Of a stretch of DNA of 64,000 bases, positions 1 to 12,000 are shown piece after piece. The notes under the pieces are model-generated. The model did not search any database, was not told where the DNA came from, and saw nothing but the letters and a program-made list of their open reading frames with translations. The stretch is taken from contig NW_013657667.1 in the NCBI RefSeq assembly GCF_000142905.1, positions 440,801-504,800 on the forward strand. Direction: 5' to 3'. This DNA is from Thecamonas trahens ATCC 50062 (taxonomy: Eukaryota; Protista; Apusomonadida). A program made the translations under genes and the position numbers. The first letter of the stretch is position 1, and each line of letters opens with the position of its first letter.

Positions 1-3000
1 GTGGGCAGGCTTGCTCGGCGACTGCATCCACAGCGCGGCCTCATCGGGCGCAAAATCGGTGTCGACAAACAGCCGACCGTCACGGTTGCACGCGCTCACC
101 AGCCGCGCAATGTGGTCCTCGGCCATCCGCGTCAGCACTGCGAGCGACTCGACAGGCACCGACGAGTTGGCCATGACGCATCGGGCGCACACAAGCTGCG
201 GCCCGAGCGTGGCGTGCTTGGCCCAAAGATGATCGCTCGCAAACGGAACCTGGCCTGGTTCCTTCCACCGGAACCACCAACCCGACTTGTCACCCTCGCA
301 CATGAGACACGGCTGAATCGGGACGAGCGTGAGCCAGAGAAGAAGGTCGTTGACCGTCTCGGCGCGCCCATTGAGCGACGTCATGGCCAGCTCCAGCTCG
401 ACCTGCGAGTTGAAGCCCACCACCGCCGCCGAACCCGAGAGTTGCGACGAGACATACGCCACGCCGAGACCCTCAAGCCGCTTGTGGATGTAAAACTTGC
501 CGTTCCGCCGAGGAAGGCCGAGAACTACGGCGGCGTGGGGAACAAACGGCTGCCACGCGCACCGCACGCACGCCCGGCGCAGGTGCGCCGCGCACACAGC
601 CGCGGGCGTCGCTTCTGCTGGCCCGACCTCGTTCGACAGCGTCATCTGCACCGTCGACACCATGGCACACGCTGGGCCCAGCGAGGCCTGCAAAACCCGC
701 TGGCCTGGCAGCGAGATGGCAAACTGAGAGTCGGACACCACCGCGCCACAGCACTCGACGACTCTGCCCGAGGCGGTGAGGAGGAGGAACATGTCGTCGC
801 TGCCGTCGTCACGGACCGGTGTGCCGATGATGTCAATAAAGGTGGCGGTGCCGTACTGCACCACCGACACGTCCTCGTAGAGACCCGACTTGGCCGAGGA
901 TGGCGACTCATGGTAGACCGTCACCTGCCCATCCTCCCGGAGGCATGCCACTGACTTTCCAGTCACGGCGACCTTGACAAACGCACCCTTGAGCGCAACC
1001 GTCCGGTCGCCGACGAGGACCAGGACCTGGGCCGACGCGAGCAAGACGGCGGCAACTTCATCGCCGGCCGCCATCTGCACCACCGAGCCGGTGATCTTGA
1101 GCAGTCCCGGTCTGAGGCGCGAGACCTGGACGCCACCCGGGCCTGGTGCCATGTACACATCCCCGTCGGCATTGAGCAAGCTAGAGAGTGTTTCGTCGAC
1201 GTTGCCGGTGAATCTGGTCTTAGTTGGCAACATGGCGGTCACACACCAGACGCGGCCGAGTGCGTCGTGGATGAGCAGGTGCATGGAGCCAAAGACCACC
1301 GATCGCGCCCGGACCTCACGGTGCTCGAGCGCGTGCCCGCGGCCGATGGCCACCAGCCGGAACGGGACTTCGCGCTCCAGCGTAGCGGTAGCGGCAAAGC
1401 CAGACGAGGCATCCGAGGCGGCCAAGTTGCCGGCGCGTGCACCAGCCCGTCCGCCTTTTCGTCGTCCGCCCGAGCTAGCGGCGTTGCCGCTCGACGCTCC
1501 CGCGCCCGCAGCCTCCAGTGCGTCATACGAGGTCTGCGGCATCGAGCCGGTCAGCGTCTCGTAGAGCAAGACTCGCGCCGGCTGCACCGTGTAGTCGTTG
1601 GTGCTGATGTGGCTGTGGCAGCCCCAGTAGAAGACCTCGCCCGAGGTTGTGACGATGGCCAGCGCCGCGTTGGCGCCATCGGCAGTTGACCACGCCACGT
1701 CAGCGACGGTATGGAAGCCGCCAAAAAGCGGAATGCGGACCTTGCACGGGACCATGTGAGCAGTGCCCTCGACAAGCGCAGCGAGGACATATCCCTCATG
1801 ATGAGAGGCTTCAAAGACGGCGGCGAGCGCAGCCCGGTGCCATTCCTCATCGTCCGGCCTGGCGGTGGACCGCTGACCAGGAATCTGCGGCACAAGCTTG
1901 GGGTGACCCCACACGTACAGCGAGCCGTCCTCAGTAATAACCGCCCGCGCTGCAATAGTTGCCAAGCCGTCCATCTTTGACGTCGGGCCAACCGCAATCT
2001 TGCGCGGCTCGCCACGGTGGAGGCCCTCAACCATCATTGGTAGCACAATGTCGACTGACGAGAGTCCTGACGCGCCGCTAGTGCCGCCGCCGTCACCCGA
2101 CGGCTCATCGTCAGCAACGCCACCGGTCGGCGACACGCGGACCGAGGTCATGGAGCCTCCGCTCGCCGCTAGCGCGCCGAACGAGCTGGCGCCCTTCACA
2201 ATACCGACTGGAACACCGAGGCGGGCATCCATGTTAGAGCCCCAGACATAGACTCGACCGGTAGCAGAGACAGCGGCCGAGTGCTCGATGCCTAGCGCGA
2301 CACCGACAATGTGCTCGGCAACGAGCGCGCCAACTAGCTGCGGGGTGGTGATCGGCTCGCCCTGGCTGATGACCAGCCCGAGCTTGCCCGAGTTCTTGTC
2401 GCCCCAGGTGTAGAGCCGACCCTCGGTGTCCAGCGCTGCCGAGTGATAGGCGCCAAGGGCGACGGCCGCAATGCGGACGTCCGGTGAGTCAAAATGAACT
2501 CGCTCGAAGCGGTCGTGGTCAATGTCGCGGTCGCCAAGGCCGAGCTTGCCGTAGTCGTTCTTGCCAACGGTGAAGAGGTGGCCGGCGGCCGAGACCACCG
2601 CTGTGTGACTCACCGACGTGGCGATGTCAACGACGACAATCTGGCCGTCAAGGTCGTCGATCTTGCGGAAGTGCTGGGCGTCGGTCCGGTCGCCGAGCGC
2701 GGCCGGCCTGCTTTGGACGTGTCCGAGCCGCGCCGTGTCGCCGCCACCGGCAGTGTACACGGCGCCGGCAAGCGTCCGGACCACGGTGTGCTTTGGCCCA
2801 CACACCACCTGAACCACATGCTCCTTGGCGCGGGCGAGCGAGTTGACCAGCTCCGGTACGGGCGCGTTGGCCTTGGCGCCGAGGCCAAGCTCTCCAAACG
2901 CGTTGGAGCCGCAAGTGAAGAGCCGCCCGTTGCGGGTGACAAACGCGGCGTGGCCCTCGCCGGCGGCAATGTCGACAATGGCCATGCCCTCGAGAGTGTC

Positions 3001-6000
3001 GATCCGCCCTGGATGTCCGAGCGTCTCCATGCCGGCGAGCGAGAGGCCGTCACCGGTCGTGCGCCCCAGGAACGGTGGGTCGTGTGCCGAAACGAGGCCC
3101 CACGAGAAGACCGCGCCTTCTGAGCTGAGCGCGAGGAGGAACGAGTCGGAGACTGCGACACGGGTGACCTGGATGCCGGCAACGGTGAAAAAGGTCACTT
3201 CCTGCGGCGTCCGGTACTTGAGCATCTCGACCGATTGTGCCATGATCTTGCCGCGGAACTGAAAGACGTTGCCCCAGACAAAGAGCCGACCGTCTGACGT
3301 CACCGCCGCCCCGTAGGTCCGGGCGAGGTCGACCTGGACCACGTCGCGGTGAATGAAAAACTGCTCGACGGCAATGTGGTTCTCCACCTCGAAGGCCGGC
3401 GTGTTGCGGGCCACCTGCAGGTATTGCACGGTCTCTGCCGCGCCACCGCCACCGCCACCATCGCCACCACCATCGGCGCCGTCGTCGTCGGGCGCCGTGC
3501 GGTCGCGGCTGCCGGTCTTGCCGCCGCTCGCGCTACCTTTGCCCGACTCCTTGCCGGATTCAGTCGAGGTGGTGCCTCCGGCCGAGTTCTTGTTCGACCG
3601 CTTCGGCACCGAGTACACAACAGGGGCTTCGAGGTGGTACGGCAGCTGGGGACGGTGTGACATGGCGCCGAGGAGGAACTGGCGCAGCTGCGGATCGGCG
3701 CAGCACTGCGACGGCAGCCGACCCGCGCCGTCCTGGACACACACGTCTGCAGCAATGGGCGCAGGCTGGAGCAGAGAGCGGACAAGTGCCGCATGGCCGC
3801 CGAGCACCGCGAGGTGCAGCACCGAGTTGCCGCGGCCGTCTTGGGCGTTGACGTCGGCGCCAGACTCGCGGAGCGTCTTGACCACAGCCATCTCGCCGGC
3901 AAGGACCGCCAGATGAAGTGGAGTCTGGCCGGCAAAGTTGACGGCATTGACGTCGGCTTTGTACAGGACGAGAAGGTTGACAATCTGGTTGTCGCCAAGC
4001 GCGGCAGCGTCGTGTAGCATGGTGTTGCCGTTTGATGCCGCAGGCACGTTGGTGTCACAGCCCTGCGAGGAGACCAGTGACTGGACAAGCTCGCGGCGGA
4101 GGTCCGGCTCGGGCACGGTGTGCAGGATGACGTGCAGGATGGTGAGACCGTCCGCGTTGAGGGCGTTAAACTGAGGGCCGCGGGTGGCAAGCAGCGGGAT
4201 GAGCGGCATGAGGTCGTTCTCGGCTGCAAGGTGCAGGACCGAGAGCCGCTGCGAGTTGACTAGCGTCAGCTGGAGATCGTCCTTCTCCAGAAGAACACGC
4301 ACGGTGTCCTGGTCCGAGTTGGCGAGTGCAACGTGGATTACGGCGTCGCCGACGTTGTTGACCTCGTTGAGCTTGATGTTCGGCGATTTGAGGAGGAGCG
4401 TGACCGCTTGGGTATCCTTGTCCTGGACTGCCAGGTGCAGCGGCGTCTCGCCTGCCGAGTTCTGGGCGTTGACGTTGCAGTTCTTCTCGACGAGGTGCTT
4501 GACAACGTCGGCAAAAGAGGCCCGCTTGAGCGCGAGATGCAGCGGGGTGTTCAAGTCACGGTCCATGGCCGAGAGCGCCACCGAAGTCAGCTCGTTGATG
4601 ATATGGTTGACAAAGTCGGCTTGGTAGTCGTTCGATGCAATGGCCATGTGCAGGACGTTGCGTCCAAGCGCGTTGTCAAGCCGGCACCTTTCGTTGAGCA
4701 CCTCGACCGACTCCTTGGCTAGGTGCTGACAGAAGAGGAGCTTGGCGAGGCTCGGGTGGCCGTTGATCATGGCGAGATGGATCGGAAGCGCCCAGGCCGA
4801 GTTGGGGACGTCAAACGGCACGCCGTGCGAGATGAGCGCCTTGACCACATTGGTCATCCCGCGCTCGGCGGCGTAGTGGACTGCGGTTGCCCCGTCCGAG
4901 CTGTTGACCTTAAGCGGGTCGAGCTCGCCCTGCAGATGGATCTCACCGTCGTCGACGTCCGAGAGCGAGTCGGACATGCCACCGGCGTCCGAGCCAGAGT
5001 CGTGGCCAACACCGGCGTCCGAGCTCTCGTCGTCTGACGATGAATGACCATCAGCGTCGAGTTTCCCGGAGGCGGCCAGCGTGACAAAGACGGCATCAAG
5101 GACGTCAACAATGATCGAGACGGCGATCTCCTCGGCCACGTCGTAGTTGGAGAGCGAGTAGCCTGCGGCATCAGAGCGCCCTGCGGCAGACCGCCCGGTA
5201 ACTCCAGAGCTGGCGGCCGCACCGGAAAAGGCCACCCGAGTTCCGCTGCGGCGGAGGCTGCCCTGAGCACCTGCAGCACCATTGCCGGACGCCGCCGCGG
5301 CCTTACCTGCTCCTGCCACCTTGGCCTTGTCCGAGCTCGAGCCGCGAACCTCCTCAACTGTCCCTGGGAAGCTTTCGAGCTCAGGCGAGCCGAGCAAGAT
5401 CATGGCGACGTCGGCCAGGCCTGCGCGGACGGCGAGATGGAGCATGGTGTTGTCGTTGCAATCGGTCTCGGCGATCGAAGCACCGGCGCGGATAAGCTGG
5501 ATGGCAAGTTGTGACTCGCCCAGCTCGATGGCAAGGGCGAGCGGGGTCTTGCCGTCCGGGTACGTCTTGCCGTCGATGATCTCAGCGTGAGCGCCACCCC
5601 ACTTGGAGGCCTGGGTCCAGATGCGGGAAATGGTCTTCCATGGCAGGCGCGACTTGACGGCGAGGTGGAGCAAGTTCTCCTTGTCAGCGTTGGTGGCCGA
5701 GGTGTCGATGTAGTTACCGGTGCCAGCCTCGGAAAAGTCCCACACTCGGTCGAACATGCGCGAGGCGGTGTCCGGCGAGCGGAGGAGGTAGTGCATGGGT
5801 GTGTTGCCCGAGGCGTCGACAACGTTGATGTTGACTGGAGCACCGAGCTTGGCCGAGAGCCGGCGCGATGCGGTCGGGTGATTAACAAGCTTGTCAAAGA
5901 CCTCATCGAGGCCCTTTTCGAACACGTAGTGGACGATGGTTGCCTTGTTGTTGTCCACGTGCTCAACGTCAGCAGCTTGGTCAATGAGGTCGACGGCGGC

Positions 6001-9000
6001 GGCGGCATCGCCGTGCTTGCACGCAAGCAGCAGCGGCGTCTCGTTGTTGCTGTTCACGGCATCAAGCACGTCCTCAAAGTCGGAACGGAGGCCGGCAAGC
6101 TTGACCAGCCTGCGCCACGCGCGAAGGTCTGACTGGAAGGACGGCGGCAGGTCTGCGGCGTTGGGCAGCTTGGGTTCGTGAGCCGACCGGCCGTTGTCCT
6201 CATCGTCGCCAGCCATGGTGGCGGCTTCCTCGGCGACGGCAAAATGAAAGGCCGAGAGGACAGCCCAGCGACGGCGACGCGACGACTTGGCGTTTTCAAG
6301 CGAGCGGTGGAGCTTGTTGGCCGCGTTGCGGACCTCCCTCGGCCGGCTAGAGTCCTCCTTGAGATGGATGAGCTCGCCAAGGATGGCAACAACCTCCTCC
6401 TTGCGCATGGACGCGGCCTTGGCTACCAGCGACTGTGTGAGGTTGTGCGAGTGGCGGATGGCGAGGTGCAGTGCGTTGTCATTGTCGCGGGTTGTACACG
6501 CCGGGTTTGCGCCGAGCGCAATGAGCTTGGTGACAAGCGACTCGGGTGCGCCGTTCATGCACGCGTAGTGCAGCGGGGTACGGCCCGAGTCATCGACGCA
6601 CTCGTCGAGCGAGAACTCGGGATCGACTTCGACAATGCGGTCGATGAGCGCCGAAGCGACCGAGGCGCGCGACGGGTTGCGGCACGCGTGGTGGAGCGGG
6701 GTCATACCCTCTCGATCGGTGGCGGTCAGGTTCTCAATAGTGAGCTTGTCTGATGACTCCATCTCGGCAAGGAGAAGCATGGCGATGAGCGAGGCCTGGG
6801 CGTCAGTGATGGGCTTGGCCCCGGCAAGGAGGCTCTTGCCCGACCGCGAGCTCTCAATGCACGAGCAGACGAGGTGGAGCGGCTTGTTGCCAGTCATCTT
6901 GTTCTCGACTACGGGCGAGGCCTTGGCGGCAAGCAGCTCGCGGATGACGGCGACGTCGCCGTTGCGTATGGCGCAATGGAGAATGGGCTCGCCACTGGCG
7001 GTCGCCTTGTCGAGGACTGAGACGTAGGTCTCGCTGGCACCCTCACGCATTTTCTCACCGGTCGAGGCCTGGATGAGTAGCTTGACAAGCGTGGTGTTGC
7101 CCATGCGGTAGGCATGAAGCAGCGGCGTGCCCGGCGGCGAAGCGGCATCCGAGACGCCAAGCGCGTCCTTGTGGGCGTTGATGAGATCCATCGCAACCTT
7201 GGAGAGCAGCTTGTCCAGCGCAGAGTGCTCGGCAGTAGTGGCCGTCATGCAGAGGACATGTAGCGGGCGCTGGTGAGTGACCTTGGTCTCCTGCGCAGCG
7301 AGGGCGGCGACAGCGTCGGACGGACCGGAGCCCTTGGCCGACTTGGACGCCGAGGCCAGTGCCGCCGTCGAGTTGCGCGACTTGCTCTTGACGCCCTTGC
7401 CCGAGAGTAGCGAGTGCGCGATCTCCAGCTTGGTCCGCGCGAGGCGGAGGTCGTCGACCTTGCATGCCAGGTGCAGCGGGTTCTCGTAGTCGACGGTGAG
7501 TGCGTTTTCCGGAACAGCGCCCTCACGGACAAGCGCGGTGACGACCGAGGTGAGGCCCTTGTCGACAGCAAAGTGCAGGGCGGTAGCCTTGGTGGCGGTC
7601 GAAGTGTGATTGACCTCTACGTTGGCAGCAATGAGCTTGAGCGCAAGCTCAGGCTCACCGATGGCACAGGCGCGCATGAGCGGCGTCTCGCCGCGGGCGT
7701 TCGGCACCGCCACGCCATGGCCGTCCTCGATGAGCTTGTGGGCAATGTGACGGAACGACTCGGCATAGGCGACACCGACACCAGCGAGCTGGTCGAGCGC
7801 CACGTGCAAGAGCGCGTCGAGCTCGACGTCGGCCTCAGGGCGATCGAGGAGCGACATGGCAATCGCGGCGTGACCCATCTTCATGGCATAGTAGATAGGC
7901 GTTCGCGGCTCGTCGCTCTCCTCGGCGAGGAGCGCCGGTGTGTGGGTAGCCAGCGGCGTAGCCTTGAGCGACGCGTCGGCGTTCCAACGGAGTAGAAGCG
8001 CGGTGAGCTTGGGCAAGCCACCGGCGGCAGCATAGTGGAGCGGCGTCCATCCGCCAAGACCTTGCGAGTTGATCATGAGTGAGACGTACTCAGTCTTGGA
8101 CCGGTGGTTCGCCACAAAGTGCTCAATGAGGAAGAGCGCAATGGCGTCGTCGCCGGCATCGAGCATGGCGTACTTACACGCCATGTGAATAGGCAGGTCT
8201 AGGTTCTTGTCGGCCCGCATCGAGCCGCCGCCGCGACCAACGAGCGCACGCACAACGTCCATGAGGCCCTTGCGGGCAGCGTAGTGAAGCGCGGTCTGCT
8301 CCTCACGGTCGTTGGCGTTGACATCGGCGTTGGCGCGGAGGAGGTGCATGGCTAGCTCGGCATGGCGCGAGGCACAGGCAGCAATGAGCGGCGTCTGCCG
8401 TTGTGCGCCGGGCTGGTCGACACCCACACCGTGGGCGAGCAGATACTTGGTGAGCGAGACCAGGCCCGACCGGGCAGCAAAGTGGATGGCGGCCTCAGAG
8501 TCGACGTTCGAGTCCGAGAGGTTGATCTCGAGCGTGGGAACGGCCTCGACTGTCCGCACCACCCACAGCGCAGTCGACGACTTGTTGGCTTTGCACGCAA
8601 CAAGGAACGGTGTCTGCTCCTTTGAGTCCTTGACCATCTCGACGCCTGGAATGAGGAGCATGGCAACAACGACAGCGGTCATGCCGTGAAGCGCAGCATA
8701 GTGGAGCGGCGTCGACTTGAGCCCGCTCTTGTCGGAGCGGGCTACCGCCATCGGGTCGCATCCAAGTCCAAGAAGCATGAGAGCTGCATGCATGTACCCG
8801 CGGCGACAGGCGCGAATGAGAGGCTGGCCCTCCATGACCGAGAGTCCGTGCCGGATGAGCTTCCCAAGAATGTAGGGGAACGGAAGCGCCTCGAGCAAGA
8901 GCGACTTGGCAACCATGACGTCGGCCGCCCAGTCGACGGCAGCATGGTTGAGCAGCGCAGAGGCGACGTCAAAGTTGGCAGCCTGGATAGCGAGGTGGAG

Positions 9001-12000
9001 CGGCGTGAGCCGCGAGTTGCGGCTAGTGGACGCGGGCACGGCAGCGTTTGCCGTGACCGCCGGGCCTTGCGAGCTTGACTTTGGCTGCGACATCGACTGG
9101 ATAGAGCCGGCGGCGGTGAGGGCGTGCCTGGTGAGATGGGTCGGTTCGCACGATCCCGACTGGAAGGCTGATTCAGAGGCAAAAGGGAGCAGGAGCTTGA
9201 CAAGCTCAGGGTGGCCGATCTCGATGGCGACTGAGAGCGGCGAGTAGCGCTTGCCCGAGGCAACGCGGACTTCAAGCGGCGCCGGCGGGCGGCGAAGAAG
9301 CTCCAGAGCGACGTCGACCCGCGGGAGGAGCGAGCCGTACGACGAGCGTCCGTCGCGGGCCGAAAACCGCGCCACAAACGGGTGTTCAAGGGCGTCGCCG
9401 TCATCGGCCGGGTAAACACCCGAGGCGCTACCGGCGACAACGTGCCCGGCGGAGGCAGACTCGTCAGCTGCGCTGTGCTTGCTCTGGAGGAGGCGGAAGC
9501 CCTCGGCGATGGTGGCGGCGCGCGAAGCGGGCGTGCCCAGCTCGAGAAACTTGTCGAGCTCCGTCTTTGCAGCCGAGCCGCGGAACGAGACAAGAGCAAT
9601 GAGTAGCGGCGTCTCGTCTGTGGTCATGCGCGCATTGACCTGGACGGTGAACGGCTGCAGGTCCGAGACATCGATGTTGGCGTTAAGGTCGACAAAGACA
9701 AACTCTGGGGTGCGCGACGCACCCGACGCCGGGTCGGCCATGGACGCGCGGACTGAAGCTCGAGTCGACGGGCTCCGGCCTGCGATAGTGCGCGAGGCAT
9801 CAAAGCCGACCAGCGAGCCTGTGAGATGGGCAAGCGACCAGTCGCCGGTCTTGGCCATCTCAGAGTTTTGCAGGTTCTCGGCAAACTGGATGTTGACCCG
9901 GACGTCGTGCATGGCCGGAATGGGCCCACCGACTGCGACCTCGATGGACGGCAGTGTCGGCGGGAGGTGCGAGGTTGGGCCAGTACCGCGGCCGCGCCCG
10001 CCGCGGGAGCGACGAGCAGCGCGACCAGTCTTGACGCCACCGGCCTTGGCGTCGGCGTTGGCGACTAGCCGCGAGAGCTCCGAGACCCGAAGAATGAGCT
10101 TGAGCATAAAGACTGAGTTGCGTGCGGCCAGGTGCAGGTACGAGAGCTTCCCCTGAGCCTCGGCTGAGCCAGAAACTACCATCGAGGCACGGGCGAGTGG
10201 CGAGAGAAGCAGTTGCGCGTATCGGGTGTCCTTCTTGAGCACGGCATAGTGCAGCGGGTTGAAGCCAAACAAATCCCCGACAAACTCGGGCTTGCGGCGG
10301 AGGAGCGGCACGATGACATCCTCGAGCGAGTTGGCAACCGCAAGGTGAAGCGCTGTCTGCTGGAAGCGATTGGTGCTCGACTTTGCATTGATGTCCAACG
10401 GTGGCAAATGCCGTGAGAGGGCCTTAAACCTCGTGAGCGTGTCATCGGCACCGAGCATGAACATGACAAGCGCGGTGTAGGAGCGGGAGAGCGCACGCAG
10501 AAAGTAGCCCTCGGGCCGCTCGACGCCCTTGGTCCAGAGTTGCTTGACGAGGGCGAGCTTGCCGTTGACCAGCGCGCCCATGAGTGGCATGTCGATCTTG
10601 AGCAGAGTCCGCACAATGCCGTGGCCAGACTTGAACTTGTTGAGGACGGGCTCAAAGCCACGTGCACACACCAGGCTGAGCGGGTTGGTCGAGCCGGCGA
10701 CAAAAATGGAGCCGGCGTTCTGGGCCTTGTGGCGAGCAATGGCGTCGACGCCGCCCTGGACAAGCTGAATGGCGATCGAGACAAAGCCAGACTCAAGGGC
10801 GACACGGAGCGGCTCAGCGACCGAGATACCCGACCGCTTCTCGTCGCGGGCGAGGATGGCCTGGACCACGGTTCCCATGCCCTGCGCTGCGGCAAGCTGC
10901 AGCGGAACGCATCGCTCAGTGTTGCGAGCCGTGAAGAGCGCCGCGCACCGTTCCTTGCGGTCGGTGAGGCGAGCAAGGAGCTGGTCGAGGACCACGTGGG
11001 CTGTGGCTACCGAGCCTGACGCGATGGCGGTGTGGAGGACTGTGCTTGCCGTGAGCGACGACTTTGTGGTGACGAGCTTGCGCTTAAACGCATCCGACGG
11101 GCAGGCGGCAAAGAGGTTCTCGAGAAGCGCAAAATGGCCATGTGCTGCAAGCATGTTGACCACCGACTCGGTCTTGTGCGAGGTCTGCAGCCAGGGGACG
11201 AGACCGTTTCGGGCATTGCCGCCGACGACGGGAGGGGCAAAGGTGTCAAAGAACCACTGGGTAAAGTACGGTACAGCCTTGTCGACGACGTAGTGAACGA
11301 CCGAGTACGCCGACTCGTCGAGGAGGCCGAGGACGGCGATGTGGGCGCGGTCAGCGAGCGAGCGCGGTGAGTCTGGCTCGCCGTCGTATCCGGCGCGCTG
11401 CTCAAAGTCAAACTCGTCGTCAAAGCCGTCGTCCCCGTCGTTGTCGAGAGTGCCCTGCGCTTGGCGGGCGCGGAGGGCCTCCTCCTCTTCGGCCACCATT
11501 GCCACGAACACGGTCTCAAAGAGGCCGGGCATGGCGAGCTTGGCAGCAAGATGAAGGACGCTATGGCGAGTCGACGGCACAACCCACGAGCGGAGGACAA
11601 GATGGTCTGCGCCGGCGTCGACGACCTCGTCCTCGGTTTGCTCGCCGTCGGGGGTAGCGGCTGCGGCTGCGGTCTTGCGAATGCTGGCCTCGTTCCGCTG
11701 TTTCTCCTCGGCGTAGAGGTCGTTGAAGAGGCTCAGCGCGGTGGCCTCGGACAGGGTGTGTCCCAGGTAGGCGATGTCGACGGCCGACTCGTTAACCCCG
11801 ACCATCATTTCGAGCATGCGCATGTACTGGTCGCGCGTGGGAAGGCCGACGGCAACGTGGAGGAGCGGCATGACGTCAAGTCGGCGGTTCTCGATGGCAG
11901 CGTCGTAGAGCTCATGAAGCATCGACTTGGGGACTGAGCCCGTGGCAGAGAGCGGCTCCGAGGTGGCGTTGGCCGATGTCGAGGCGCCGAGTGCAAGGCC

